From: an uncultured delta proteobacterium
GTDB lineage: Bacteria; Myxococcota; Myxococcia; Myxococcales; Myxococcaceae
NCBI GenBank assembly: GCA_963771175.1
Contig: CAVYSY010000033.1
Coordinates: 416,001 to 480,000 of the forward strand
Direction: 5' to 3'
DNA: 64,000 nt
In this document: positions 23,020 to 33,852 of the stretch, piece after piece
How the letters are laid out: each line of letters starts with the position of its first letter
Position numbering within the stretch: position 1 is the stretch's first letter
The notes under the pieces: model-generated
What the model was told of the DNA's origin: nothing
Seen by the model: only the letters and a program-made list of their open reading frames with translations
Databases searched by the model: none
Program-made: the position numbers and the translations under genes

Positions 23020-23700
23020 TCAGCCGCGAGCCGCGCGCTTGCCGCCCCGGGTCTTCGAGCCCCGCCCGGACTTCGCCGGAGACTTGCTGGACTTCGCCGG
23101 AGACTTGCCGAACTTCGCCGGGGACTTGCGCTCGCGAGCCGCCGACTCCTTGGGCTTCGACTTGCGCTTGGTCCGAGCCGGCTTCGCCTTCTTCTCCTCT
23201 TCCTGCTTCAGGGGAACGAGGATGGTGCCACGGCATTTGGCGGTGCCACAGCGGCAGACGTAGAGCGCCTCCTCCTCCGGACCCATGCCCTCGGTGCGGT
23301 CGTAGGAGTAGTCGTAGTTGAGCTCCTCGCCCACGGCGATGTCGCGCAGGGAGTAGATGTAGATGCGGTCCCCCTCCATGAAGGCCTGGCAGTTGGGGTC
23401 GCACGCGTGGTTGATGAAGCGCGCGTCGTTGCCCTCATGAGCCGCGTCGATGACCGTGTCCTCGTCCACGTTGAAGAGGAAGGTGTGGTGACGCGACATG
23501 GAGGTGTCGTCGTAGCGTTCGTCCGCCGTGGCCTGGGAGATGCGCTCGCCGACGTACTCGATGATGCGCGCACCCTTGCGGATGGCACGCGTGGCGAAGG
23601 CGCCGAGCCCCTGGATGGACGAGGGCCGCAGCTCGAAGGGCTGGGGCGTGAGGGTGGGCATCTTGCGGGAGGAGGGCTTCTTGGTGGTGGGAGCTGGCAT
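23020..23700 (-). CDS. SET-domain lysine methyltransferase with post-SET motif and basic KSPAK tail
   Basis: GLGAFA, IIEYVGE, ARFINHACDPN, EELNYDY, post-SET CRCGTAKCRG. Confidence 0.93.
   Translation of the reverse strand: MPAPTTKKPSSRKMPTLTPQPFELRPSSIQGLGAFATRAIRKGARIIEYVGERISQATADERYDDTSMSRHHTFLFNVDEDTVIDAAHEGNDARFINHACDPNCQAFMEGDRIYIYSLRDIAVGEELNYDYSYDRTEGMGPEEEALYVCRCGTAKCRGTILVPLKQEEEKKAKPARTKRKSKPKESAARERKSPAKFGKSPAKSSKSPAKSGRGSKTRGGKRAARG
23068..23130 (-). repeat. 3 x 21-bp in-frame tandem repeat encoding KSPAK-containing heptads
   Basis: ggacttcgccggagacttgct / ggacttcgccggagacttgcc / gaacttcgccggggacttgcg on the + strand. Confidence 0.9.
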
Positions 23701-23780
23701 CGGAAGTAGAGACGCGCCGGGAAAGGCGCGGTAGGTTGCCGCCGTCGGACCTCTCCCTGGATGAAGAAAGGTGCTCGGCG

Positions 23781-24152
23781 ATGCGGCTGTGGCTCATTCT
23801 CGGCGCGGCAAGCGCGTTTCTGTCTGTTGCGGCGGGAGCATTTGGCGCGCACGCCCTGCGGGCAAGGCTCGCCCCGGACCTCCTGACCATCTTCGAAACG
23901 GGCGCGCGCTACCACATGTATCACTCGTTGGGGCTGATCGCGATTGGACTGCTATCGCAGTTCCGCCCCAGCCCCCTGTTGAACGGAGCGGGCTGGGCGA
24001 TGAGCGCGGGCATCCTCCTCTTCTCGGGCAGCCTGTACGTGCTGGCGCTCTCCGGCGTGCGCGCGCTGGGCGCCATCACCCCGTTCGGGGGGCTCGGCTT
24101 CCTCGCCGGCTGGCTGCTGTTCGCCATCGCCGCCTGGCGGCAGACGGGTTGA
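23781..24152 (+). CDS. DUF423 (YgdD/TMEM256) membrane protein
   Basis: GAFGAHAL, FETGARYHMYH, LFSGSLY, GAITPFGG. Confidence 0.9.
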   Translation: MRLWLILGAASAFLSVAAGAFGAHALRARLAPDLLTIFETGARYHMYHSLGLIAIGLLSQFRPSPLLNGAGWAMSAGILLFSGSLYVLALSGVRALGAITPFGGLGFLAGWLLFAIAAWRQTG

Positions 24153-24282
24153 GCCGGAGGAGAGCACGAATCAGGTTTGCATCCAGGGGAGCGCCCCGTA
24201 AGGTAGGGTGACCCGACAGGGAGGGAGCATCGACCGCGACAGGTCGGAGCACCCGCCCTGCTCTTTCGCCTACGTGCCCCTC

Positions 24283-24651
24283 ATGGACGAGACGTTGCAA
24301 CCCAGGCTTGGCGTGGAGCTCCGCAGGGCCCGGGTGCGCCTGGATCTCACCCAGGAGCAGGTGGCCAGGGCGGTGGGTTTCGTCCCGGTGGTCTATGGGC
24401 GCATCGAGCGCGGAGACATGCTGCCCAGCGTCCCCAAGCTGAGGGACTTGTGCACCACCCTGGGCCTCTCGGCCGATGTGCTCCTCTCGTTGCGCTCCCC
24501 GGAGGGCACGCCCCAGGAACAGCCTCCGACGTCCGCGCCAGACCAGTCCCCGGAGTTCCGGCGACTCACCATGCTCGTGCGCGAGCTGCCACCCGACAGG
24601 CTCGACCTGTTCCGCATCGTGCTCGAGTCGCTCATCTCCAAAGAGGAGTGA
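24283..24651 (+). CDS. XRE-family HTH transcriptional regulator
   Basis: LRRAR..LDLTQEQVARAVG...YGRIERG..LPSVPKL. Confidence 0.88.
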   Translation: MDETLQPRLGVELRRARVRLDLTQEQVARAVGFVPVVYGRIERGDMLPSVPKLRDLCTTLGLSADVLLSLRSPEGTPQEQPPTSAPDQSPEFRRLTMLVRELPPDRLDLFRIVLESLISKEE

Positions 24652-24755
24652 GGCGGGGAACGCACGGAGGGATGTTGGGTGGATGCACTTCCCCGTGCAT
24701 GCGCGAGGCGCCCGTGGGTGGGTCATGTTAGTCTACACCACCTTGGAGGTGGTGC

Positions 24756-26791
24756 ATGAGGGAGGCCGAGGAGAGGGGCCAGGACACCGGGGCGAGAAAG
24801 CCGTCGCGGCGCCGACTGCCGCGGGAGGCAGCCAGAACACCGGTGGAGGAGCAACTGCCGCCCCTGGGCACGGAGGTGGGGGGATTCCGGCTGGAGGCGA
24901 AGCTGGGAGAGGGAGGCTTCGGCACCGTGTACCTGGCCTGGCGCGGCGGCAGGCCGTACGCCGTCAAGTTCCTCTACCTGCCGGCGGTCGAGCCCTGGGC
25001 ATGGCGCGAGCTGGAGGTGATGCTGCAACTGCGACGAGCGGGGTGGGTGGTGGTGGAGGGCCATGGCCGCTGGCCGGACAGGGCCCCGCGCTTCCTCTTC
25101 CTGGTCATGCCGTACGTGCGCGGTACGCCCCTGTTCGACTGGGCCCGGGAGAAGAATCCCAACGCGCGGCAGGTGGTCGAGGTGGCGGTGCCGCTGGCCG
25201 GCAGCTCGGGGCGGTGCACCGGGCGGGCGTGGTGCACCGGGACGTGAAGGGCGCCAACGTGCTGGTGCGAGAGAAGGATGGGCAGCCCGTGCTGGTGGAC
25301 TTCGGCGTGGGCACCTACCCGGGGGCGCCGGAAGTCACCCTCCCCTTCATGCCTCCGGGCACCGCGCTCTACCGCAGCCCCGAGGTGATTCGCTTCCGGC
25401 GGCGGACGCTGGGGGACGAGCGCTACCCGTCCACGCCCGGGGACGACTTGTGGGCCCTGGGTGTCCTGCTCTACTGGCTGCTCACGGGCGACTACCCCTT
25501 CCAGGGCCGTGACGCGGGCGACCTGGCCGAAGCCATCCTCCGCTCCGCCCCCGTTCCGCCGCACGAGCGCAACCCACGCGTGCCCCGGGCGCTGAGCGAG
25601 GTGTGCCTGCGCATGCTGGAGAAGGCCCGCGAGGCACGCTACCCGGACGCCGAGGCCGTGGCCGTGGCCCTGGAGGCGGCACTGGCGGGGGCGGACGCGA
25701 GCTGGGAGGTGCCACTGGGCGAGGCGTGGGGCCCGGACAACGCCACCACCCCGGTGGAGGTGAGCCTGGGCATCCACGAGGGGCTGGCGCGCATGCACCG
25801 GGTGGAGGAATACGAGCGGCAACACCTCCGGCGCGGCATGCCCGCCCCCAGGGTGGAGGCCACCACCCTGCTGCCGCCTACCGTGGGCGCGCCATCCACG
25901 GGAGAAGGCACGGACGAGGAGGAGGAGCCCCCTGCCCCCGAGCCGCGGACACGGGCCTTCCCCTGGCGAGCATTCGGAGGGGCCGTGCTGGCGCTGCTGC
26001 TGGCCTGCATGGCCGGGCTCGCCGTCTGGCATTTCCGAGTCGGCACGGAGCCAACGCCGCCCGTGACGACTTTTCCGGTGACCCCCGCATCCACCACGCC
26101 GGAGGTCAGAAAAGTGGCGCCCGCGAGCAAGCCGCTGGAAGGTAGTGCGGACGCAGCGCCCTCGCGGGCTCCCACCCCTGCGCCCGTCGCCAGCGCGACG
26201 CTCCCCAAGGAAGACACGCGCGTGAAGACTTCACGGAAGGCTCCCACCCCGGAGAAGAAGCAGCAGAAGATGAAGGACACGTGCTCCATGGCCATGAAGG
26301 CCGGTGCGCTCGCCACCGGCACCGTCCTCTCGGCCTGTGCTGGCCCCACTCACGTCCCCCTCGCGCGCCCCATGCCTCCGCCCACCGAGTGCCCGCGCGG
26401 TGCCGTGGAGACCATGAAGGAGCTGGGCTTGCGAATTGGAGCGAGGCAGGACGCCGAGCTCCTCGGTGGGTATCTTTCCGAAGAGCTCCGTTACCAGCCC
26501 GTGCGTGAGGGCCCGGGCTCCGTGATGCTCCTCGATGAGACCGATACGAAGTTGCCAGATGGCACCCTTATCGTCGGAGAGTTCTTCTTTGGGAGGGACC
26601 GCGTCTACGGTCGCTTCACCCAGGCCCAAACACCCGGCGGTGTGACGTACCCAGTCTGCATGGAGCTCATCGGCAGGACGGACGTCGCCGGCATCGGCGT
26701 CAGCATCGACGAGCTGATACCAGGCGACGGTCCGGGCACCGCCAAGCTCTTTTTCTCCCAGGGCGCGAGAGCCGTGGAGCGTTTCGAGTAG
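24756..26791 (+). CDS. Ser/Thr protein kinase with TM and extracytoplasmic domain, frameshift near 25200
   Basis: LGEGGFGTVY, AVK in 24756..25247; HRDVKGAN, DFG, YRSPE, DLWALG in the second frame. Confidence 0.88.
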
Positions 26792-26886
26792 GACCGAGCG
26801 GCGGAAGGCCGAATCAGGGCAGACGACGTGGGAGTCAACGTCAGAGGTCCCTGCTAATGTAGGTCACTCCGGAGGTCACCCTGCCC

Positions 26887-27816
26887 ATGCCCGCCCTGTC
26901 CGCCACTCCCCTGTTATTCGCGATCCTCACCGGTACGCCCGGCCCCGCCCAGCCCGCCTCCGAAGTCTGGGAGGCGGTGGGCGCGCACCATGTGGGAGTG
27001 AGGGCGGACACCGCCGGGCAGGAGCAGGAGGTGGTCATCAGCCCCCTTCTCTCCACCACCTTCTTCTTCAACTCGCCCCTGCTGCGAGGCGGGGTCGTGG
27101 TGCAACAGCGCGAGCTCTTCCAACTGGTGACGGTGGACGAGACCAACAGCGTGGTCACCCTCCTGCCCTCCAGCAGGTTGCCACTGGGAAGCAAGTTGCT
27201 GCTGACGGTGCGCTTCGCGGATGGTGCGGTGCCCGAGAGCACCTCCTTCCGGTTGGTGGCACACCCCACCCGGGCAGAGCCCCAGGTCAATGTGTACCGC
27301 CAGCCCCGCTCCGGCGAGTCCTACCAATTGGAAGCGCGGCAGGAACGTGAGCGGGCCGAGCGATGCGGGGCGGAGTTGGCACGGACCCAAGCGGAGCAGC
27401 AGCACCCCGGGGGCCTCGTGGGCCTGCTCGTGGAGAGGCTGATGACTAACGGGGAGGGCATCAAAGGGCAGGATATTTCCACGACCTCCATCCAGCGTCC
27501 TGACGAAGCCCTTCGGGCGAGGTCCGTCTTCAGCTACCGCGCCCAGGGTCGGGTGGCGATGGATCTGTCGGTGAACAACCTGAGCACCCAGTCCTGGAGG
27601 GTGGACGGGGACGGGGTGCGACTGGTGAGCAGGGAGGGCGTGCGGCTGCGGGTGCTGCAGGTGTGGCCGCTGGAGTCCATCCCCTTGAGCGGGCAGGGCC
27701 GAGTGAGGGTGGAGGCAGAGGCCACCGAGGAGCAGGCCCGGGGCACCTACGTGCTCAAGCTGGGGGAAGCGAACGGCTCACGCACCATCACCCTGCGCGG
27801 TGTGACGTTCCCCTGA
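26887..27816 (+). CDS. DUF2381 family myxobacterial protein
   Basis: LTVRFADGAVP..F.LVAHPTRAEPQVNVYRQPR; ends ITLRGVTFP; typical position after a Ser/Thr kinase. Confidence 0.85.
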   Translation: MPALSATPLLFAILTGTPGPAQPASEVWEAVGAHHVGVRADTAGQEQEVVISPLLSTTFFFNSPLLRGGVVVQQRELFQLVTVDETNSVVTLLPSSRLPLGSKLLLTVRFADGAVPESTSFRLVAHPTRAEPQVNVYRQPRSGESYQLEARQERERAERCGAELARTQAEQQHPGGLVGLLVERLMTNGEGIKGQDISTTSIQRPDEALRARSVFSYRAQGRVAMDLSVNNLSTQSWRVDGDGVRLVSREGVRLRVLQVWPLESIPLSGQGRVRVEAEATEEQARGTYVLKLGEANGSRTITLRGVTFP

Positions 27817-27851
27817 AGCGAGGCCCGAACTTGTCGAAGCTCCCCGGGCCC

Positions 27852-28160
27852 CTATTCCACGGAAGCAGGAAGGCGGTAGAGCTCGTAGATGTCGCCGTGG
27901 TGCCGCAGGCCCATGGCCTCGCGCTGGACGATGAGGTACCAGCGCTGCTTCTCCGCCTCCGCGCGCAGTACCCGGTGCCGCTCCATGAACCGGGTCCGCG
28001 TCGAGCCACTCAGTCCGTGCAGGGCCCGCTCGGTCTGCTCCAGCTCCGCCAGCAGCGACTCCAGCCGCTGGGCCACCCGCCGCATCGCGGAGGCCTTCTC
28101 CGACTGAATCTCCACCTCGATGGAGAGCACACTGTCCGGGGACTTGGGGCGCGAGGACAT
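27852..28160 (-). CDS. Hypothetical coiled-coil protein
   Basis: ORF with GGAGG RBS; WYLIVQREAMGL..H motif. Confidence 0.65.
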   Translation of the reverse strand: MSSRPKSPDSVLSIEVEIQSEKASAMRRVAQRLESLLAELEQTERALHGLSGSTRTRFMERHRVLRAEAEKQRWYLIVQREAMGLRHHGDIYELYRLPASVE

Positions 28161-28209
28161 GGAAATGACCTAATCCCCACCTCCTGGGACGGCAACCGGC
28201 GCGGGCGCG

Positions 28210-28656
28210 TCAGTGCGGCGCCGGCGGTGTCGGCTCTTCTTCCGGCAGGGATACCTCCTGCGCCACCTTCTGGCGCACGAGGCGCCGGGTGGCGGTCTCC
28301 TCCTCCTCCGTCCGCTGGCGCCGCCGCACCAGCCCCTGCGACTCGTCCACGAACCAGAAGAGGACCCGGTAGAAGGCCGCGATGACGGTGAGGAGGATGG
28401 ACGACAGGAACCAGCTCAGCACGCTCCCCAGCCAGCCGCCCACCACCACCCGAATGGGATAGATGCCCGTGAGCGGCACCAGCACGAAGGCCACGTAGTG
28501 CGAGACACAGTAGGGACAGGACACCAGGTAACCCAACCAGGTCTCCTTGCCGCCGAGCTTCTCGCGCAAGGGCTCGAAGATGCGCTCCTTGGTAAGGGTC
28601 TGGGACAGGCCCATCACCACCGCGGCCACCGCGAAGAGCTGGAAGAGGTCCGTCAT
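28210..28656 (-). CDS. Hypothetical membrane protein (DUF1360-like)
   Basis: TKERIFEPLR...LGYLVSCPYCVS followed by TM helices. Confidence 0.65.
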   Translation of the reverse strand: MTDLFQLFAVAAVVMGLSQTLTKERIFEPLREKLGGKETWLGYLVSCPYCVSHYVAFVLVPLTGIYPIRVVVGGWLGSVLSWFLSSILLTVIAAFYRVLFWFVDESQGLVRRRQRTEEEETATRRLVRQKVAQEVSLPEEEPTPPAPH

Positions 28657-28713
28657 CTCACCCAAGGTGGTGACGGACCCCACGGGGAAGGAGGCAGCCC
28701 GGGCGGCAGGCGC

Positions 28714-30636
28714 TCAGCGGGTGCGCCGCTCGGGCCGCTCGCGCGCCTCGGTCTGCTTGCGGCGCGAGGCCTCGGCGGCGGTCTCCGGAGGCACCAGCGC
28801 CCGCGGGCCCCGGCCGATGAGGTCCTCCCGGCCGGCCTGCACCAGCGCCTCGCGCGCCAGCGGCCAGTGCTCGGGGTTCCAGTAGAGCAGCAGCGCCTTC
28901 TGCAGCCGCTTCTCGCGCAGCCCCTTGGCCGTGTAGACGGGCTCCATCTTCATCGGGTCATAGCCCGAGTAGTACATGGCCGTGGCCATCGCCATGGGCG
29001 TGGGGATGAAGTCCTGCACCTGGCGCGGGCGCTTGCCGTTCTGCTTCAGCCACAGCGCCAGCTCCACCATGTCCTCCAGCGTCGAGCCCGGGTGGCCGCT
29101 GATGAAGTAGGGAATGTCGTACTGCTCCTTGCCCGCCTCCTCGCTCGCGCAGGCGAACATGTTCTGGAAGCGCTCGAAGCTCTCGATTCCGGGCTTCTTC
29201 ATCTTCTCCAGCACCCGGGGCGACACGTGCTCGGGCGCCACCGAGAGCTGGCCGCCCACGTGGTGCGCGGCGAGCTCCTTCACGTACTCGGGCGAGCGCT
29301 CGGCCAGGTCGTAGCGCACCCCGCTGGCGATGAAGACGTGCTTCACGCCCGGCTCCTCGCGCACCTCGCGCATCAGGTCGATGAGCGGCCCGTGGTCCGT
29401 CTGCAGGTTCTCGCAGACGCCCGGGTGCACGCACGAGAGCTTGCGGCACTTGCGCTCGATGTCCGGGCTCTTGCACTTGAGCTTGTACATGTTGGCCGTG
29501 GGGCCACCGAGGTCGGTGATCGTGCCGCGGAAGTCCCCCATGCGCCGCAGCGCCCGCACCTCGCGCAGCACGCTCTCCGCGCTGCGGCTCTGGATGACGC
29601 GCCCCTCGTGCTCGGTGATGGAGCAGAAGGTGCAGCCGCCGAAGCAGCCGCGCATCAGCACGATGGAGTGCTTCACCGTCTCGTAGGCGGGGATGCGCTC
29701 CCTGTACATGGGGTGCGGGACGCGGTTGAAGGGCAGGTCGTAGAGCTCGTCCATCGCCACCGGTCGCTCCGGGCCTCCCCGTCCTCCAGCGGCAGCGCCG
29801 GCGGGTTCAAGTAGATGGCGCGGTTGCCGTGGCGCTGCGCGAGCGGCCGCGCGTTGCCCGGGTTGGTCTCCAGCTGGAAGTCGCGCGACATGAGCGCGAA
29901 GGCCCGCTTGTCCGCGATGACCTCCTCGTACGAGGGCAGCACCACCGTCTTGCGATCCGCGGCCCGCTTCGCCGGATCCGCCTCGTGCGCCTTCATCTCC
30001 GCGTCGTTGATGAGGTACGCGGTGCCGCGCACGTCGCGGATGTCTTCAACCTTCTCGCCCCGACGCAGGCGGTCGGCCACCTCCCAGACGGGGCGCTCGC
30101 CCATGCCGAAGACGAGCAGGTCCGCCTTGGCGTCGAGGAGGATGGAGCGGCGCACCTTGTCGCTCCAGTAGTCGTAGTGGGCGATGCGGCGCAGCGAGGC
30201 CTCGATGCCGCCGAGGACGATGGGCACGTCCGGGTACGCCTCGCGGCAGCGCTGGGCGTAGACGATGGTGGCCCGGTCCGGCCGGCAGTCGGTGGCGCCC
30301 GCCCGGGCTGTACTGGTCCTCGGAGCGGTTCTTCTTCTGCGCGGTCAGCCGGTTGAGCATCGAGTCGAGGTTGCCGGCGGCCACGCCGAAGAAGAGCCGC
30401 GGCTTGCCGAGCGCCTTGAAGGGCTCGGCCGAGTGCCAGTCCGGCTGGGGGATGATGCCCACCTTGAACCCGCGCCCTTCGAGGAAGCGGGCGATGAGGA
30501 CCGGGCCGAACGCGGGATGGTCCACGTACGCGTCCCCGGTGACGATGATGATGTCGAGCTGGTCCCAGCCCCGCGCCTGCATGTCGGCTCGGGTGACGGG
30601 AAGGAAGGGATGCGCGTAGCGAATCTGTGTGGCCAT
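28714..30636 (-). CDS. ygiQ: YgiQ (UPF0313) family radical SAM protein, frameshifts near 30300 and 29765
   Basis: [62 protein letters not shown] spread across three frames. Confidence 0.9.
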
Positions 30637-30655
30637 GGGGGTACCCAACCCTCCC

Positions 30656-31885
30656 CTAACCGCTGATACGGGCAAGACGCAAATGCCCGCTGCCCGAAAA
30701 AGCGTCCGCCCCGCCTCCAGCCAGCTTGGAGAGCTTCAGCCTCCGGCTTGCATCTGCTCGTGGAGAGGCCTCGCGACGCCGCAACACGGAGAGTGCAAGC
30801 CCCCCGAGTGTGCTCACGCCCATGCCCGCGCAGACCGAGAGCGCCGGCAGGACGAGCAGAAGATACTGGGCCCACTTGGTGGGCCAGAGCACCAGGAACA
30901 CCAGCCCCACGCCGGCCCACATGGCCCACACGGGACGCTGGCGCCACGTGGCCCGCGCTCCGAGGGCGGCCAGAGGCAGCAGCACCCACGTCGTGGCCCC
31001 GGTGGCGAAGACGCCCTCGTGCCACTGCGTGGGAGTCGCATGCGTCAGGTGGTAGAGCGGCTGATACCAGGGCAGTGCCGAGCGCACCACGTGCTCGCCG
31101 TGCGAGTAGCGCCAGTGGAACGTGAGGGACTCCCACAACAGCCCCACCGGGTCCGGCCAGAGGGCCGGGTGCGCGAGCAGGAACATCCCCGCCGCCGGGA
31201 GCACGAGCGCGGCCCAGACCCGGCCCCAGGCGCGCCCGTACCACACCAGGAACGGCAGGAAGGCCAGCCCGGCCACCATGGCGTAGGGGTACTTGCCCGC
31301 GGCCGCGAGACCCAGCAGCCCTCCAGAGAGCGCCAGCCACCCGAGCTGGAATGGAGCCCCCTGCCCCGAGGCGGTCCGGCGGGAGCGCTCGAACGCCAGC
31401 ACGGCGAGAATCGCGAAGAGGCCCGGAACTCCCTCCAGGTAGGCCTGGGAGGTGTACTTCGCGTGGTACGAGTCCAGGGCGAGCAGCAGCGCCCCCACTG
31501 GATTCGCCAGTCCCGTGAGCCCCACCTGGAGGATGCCCGTCACCGCGGACAACCAGCGGGTCAGCCGAAAGGCCGGCGCGGCGGGCTCGGGGATGGGGCG
31601 GCCCACGCGCACCGTCTTCCACTCGGGCTCGGGGGTGCCGGTCGCCAGCAATTCCGCGGCGAACAGGAGCTTCACCATCGGTGGGTGCTCGAAGTTCTCC
31701 CGGTAGGACGCCACCTCGCTCCACCGGCCTCCGGCCACCCTCTCCGCGTAGCGGTACGCTACCGGGAGGTAGACGAGCTCGTCGAAGTCCGGCGGGAGCC
31801 GCTCCACCGCCCGAGCGCGCTGCCAGACGGCCGCGAGGAGAGCGAGGAGCAGGGTCGCGAGGGCCAGGAGGCGTTTCGACGACAT
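30656..31885 (-). CDS. Membrane glycosyltransferase-like protein (PMT/ArnT GT-C fold)
   Basis: [22 protein letters not shown], many TM helices. Confidence 0.65.
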   Translation of the reverse strand: MSSKRLLALATLLLALLAAVWQRARAVERLPPDFDELVYLPVAYRYAERVAGGRWSEVASYRENFEHPPMVKLLFAAELLATGTPEPEWKTVRVGRPIPEPAAPAFRLTRWLSAVTGILQVGLTGLANPVGALLLALDSYHAKYTSQAYLEGVPGLFAILAVLAFERSRRTASGQGAPFQLGWLALSGGLLGLAAAGKYPYAMVAGLAFLPFLVWYGRAWGRVWAALVLPAAGMFLLAHPALWPDPVGLLWESLTFHWRYSHGEHVVRSALPWYQPLYHLTHATPTQWHEGVFATGATTWVLLPLAALGARATWRQRPVWAMWAGVGLVFLVLWPTKWAQYLLLVLPALSVCAGMGVSTLGGLALSVLRRREASPRADASRRLKLSKLAGGGADAFSGSGHLRLARISG

Positions 31886-31952
31886 GGCCGCCACAGATAG
31901 CACAGTTCCCCCCGGACCCCCTCTGGAGTGATAGAGGCCCGGGCACCTCCCC

Positions 31953-32600
31953 ATGACGCACCCGCCCAAGACGATCGTCTTCGACCTCGACGGCACGCTG
32001 GTGGACTCGCTGCCGGACATCATCGCCAGCTTCCAGTACGCCTTCGCGAGCCTGGGACTGCCAACGCCCGAGGACGCGGCGGTGCGCGCGCTCATCGGCC
32101 AGCCCCTCGAGGCCATGTACGAGAGCTTCGCTCCCGCGCACGTGCCCCAACTGTGCGTCGTCTACCGCGAGCACTACGCGCGCAACTTCGTCAACCGCTC
32201 GCGCCCCTTCCCCGGCGTCGTCGAGTTGCTGCGCACCCTGCGGGAGCGGGGCTACACGCTGGCCATCGCCACCACCAAGCGCACCGACATGGCGCGGCGC
32301 TTCGTCGAGGCGCTCGGGCTCATGCCCGCCGTGGACTACGTGCAGGGCACCGACGGCTTCCCGCACAAGCCCGCGCCGGACGTCATCCACCGGGCCCTGG
32401 GCGCGCTGGGCACCCAGGGACTGTGGATGGTGGGAGACACCACCGCCGACATCCTCGCCGGGCGGGCGGCGGGGCTGCGCACCTACGGCGTCACCTGGGG
32501 CAACCACGACGCCGGGTTGCTCGCCACCGCCACGCCCGACGAGCTCCAGCCCGACCTGCGCCGCCTGATGGAGCACCTGCCCCCGCTCCCAAGAGTCTGA
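31953..32600 (+). CDS. HAD-superfamily hydrolase (phosphoglycolate phosphatase-like)
   Basis: FDLDGTLVDS, KPAP, MVGDT..D motifs. Confidence 0.92.
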   Translation: MTHPPKTIVFDLDGTLVDSLPDIIASFQYAFASLGLPTPEDAAVRALIGQPLEAMYESFAPAHVPQLCVVYREHYARNFVNRSRPFPGVVELLRTLRERGYTLAIATTKRTDMARRFVEALGLMPAVDYVQGTDGFPHKPAPDVIHRALGALGTQGLWMVGDTTADILAGRAAGLRTYGVTWGNHDAGLLATATPDELQPDLRRLMEHLPPLPRV

Positions 32601-32639
32601 GCCCCATCAGCGGGCGAGCTGGAAGAACGTGTCCGGCGC

Positions 32640-33092
32640 TCATGCCGGCCCGGCCGCTGGCGAGTCGCCCTCGTGGACGTGCGCCTTCTGCTCCCGGTAG
32701 TCAGTGATGTGCTCGTAGACGCTCTCCGGGAACTGGAGGTCCTTGTAGACGTTGCAGGCGTCCGGGTCCTCCGCATTGGGGCAGATGGGAAACTCCTGCT
32801 GCGCCTGGAATTGGAGCACCTTCTCGCGCCGGGGCGGGCTGTAGTCCTTCGCCTTCACCTGCTCGATGAGCGCGAGCGCCTGCCGCTCATCACAGGCCGG
32901 ATCCCGCAAGAGCGTGTCCCGCAACTCCTCCTCGTCGAGGAAGTAGCGCGCCACCATCGCGAAGACGAGCCGGCCGAAGTGGCCGATGTCCTGGCCCTCG
33001 TCGAGCGAGTCCAGCAGGTGCGCCATCATCCCGTTCTTCCGGAGCGTCTCGCGCCCGCTGCTGCTCCGGTTCTCCTTGCGTATACGTGCCAT
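32640..33092 (-). CDS. Hypothetical protein, PriL C-terminal/PriX-like helical domain
   Basis: GQDIGHFGRLVF...DYSPPRREK...PICP pattern. Confidence 0.6.
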   Translation of the reverse strand: MARIRKENRSSSGRETLRKNGMMAHLLDSLDEGQDIGHFGRLVFAMVARYFLDEEELRDTLLRDPACDERQALALIEQVKAKDYSPPRREKVLQFQAQQEFPICPNAEDPDACNVYKDLQFPESVYEHITDYREQKAHVHEGDSPAAGPA

Positions 33093-33319
33093 GGCTCGAG
33101 TCCTCTCGTGGAAGCAGTCGAACCGCGCCTTCTGAAAACGCGTTCAGTCCTTCACAGGAAGCTAGGCACCACGTGCAGCGCGTCCAGGGGTCCGTCACGG
33201 CTGTCTGGAGGTCAGCCACCCGGGCACGGAGAATACGGGCACCAGCGCTCCATGGAGGCGAACACTCGAGGCGGACACTCCGCCCCGGGAGGGCATGGGA
33301 GTGCTATGTCCCCGGAGCC

Positions 33320-33829
33320 ATGCTCACGCTCTCCAGCCTGACCGAGTCCCTGTCCCGCCTCGCCTCGTCCGAGACCCTGCGCCGCGCGTGGGGCGTGCTG
33401 CGCCACGCTCCCGGCGGTGGGGTCCTGATGGGGCAGCTCCTCGGCAACCTCGCGCCCTATACCGGCACCATCCACCCGGAAGTGCTCTCCCTGGAGGAGG
33501 GCTACGCCCGCGTGCGGATGCGCGACCGGCGAAGCGTCCGCAACCACCTGCGCTCGGTGCACGCCATCGCGCTGATGAACCTGGGCGAGGTGGCCACCGG
33601 GGTCGCGATGATGTCCGCCCTGCCCGGGGACATGCGGGGCATCATCACTCACCTGGAGATGGACTACCTGAAGAAGGCACGCGGTTCCATCACCGCCGAG
33701 TGCCGCGCCCCCACCGCCGTGGCCGGCGAGCGGCGCGAGTACGAAGTCCAGGCGGACCTGAGCGATGAGTCCGGCCAGGTGGTGGCCCGGGCCCGTGCGC
33801 GCTGGCTCATCGGCCCCGCCACGCACTGA
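33320..33829 (+). CDS. Hotdog-fold thioesterase-like protein (DUF4442)
   Basis: APYTGTI, VRNHLRSVHAIAL.NLGE, YLKKARG. Confidence 0.85.
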   Translation: MLTLSSLTESLSRLASSETLRRAWGVLRHAPGGGVLMGQLLGNLAPYTGTIHPEVLSLEEGYARVRMRDRRSVRNHLRSVHAIALMNLGEVATGVAMMSALPGDMRGIITHLEMDYLKKARGSITAECRAPTAVAGERREYEVQADLSDESGQVVARARARWLIGPATH

Positions 33830-33852
33830 CCCGGGCCCCCGGGGGTCCGCGG

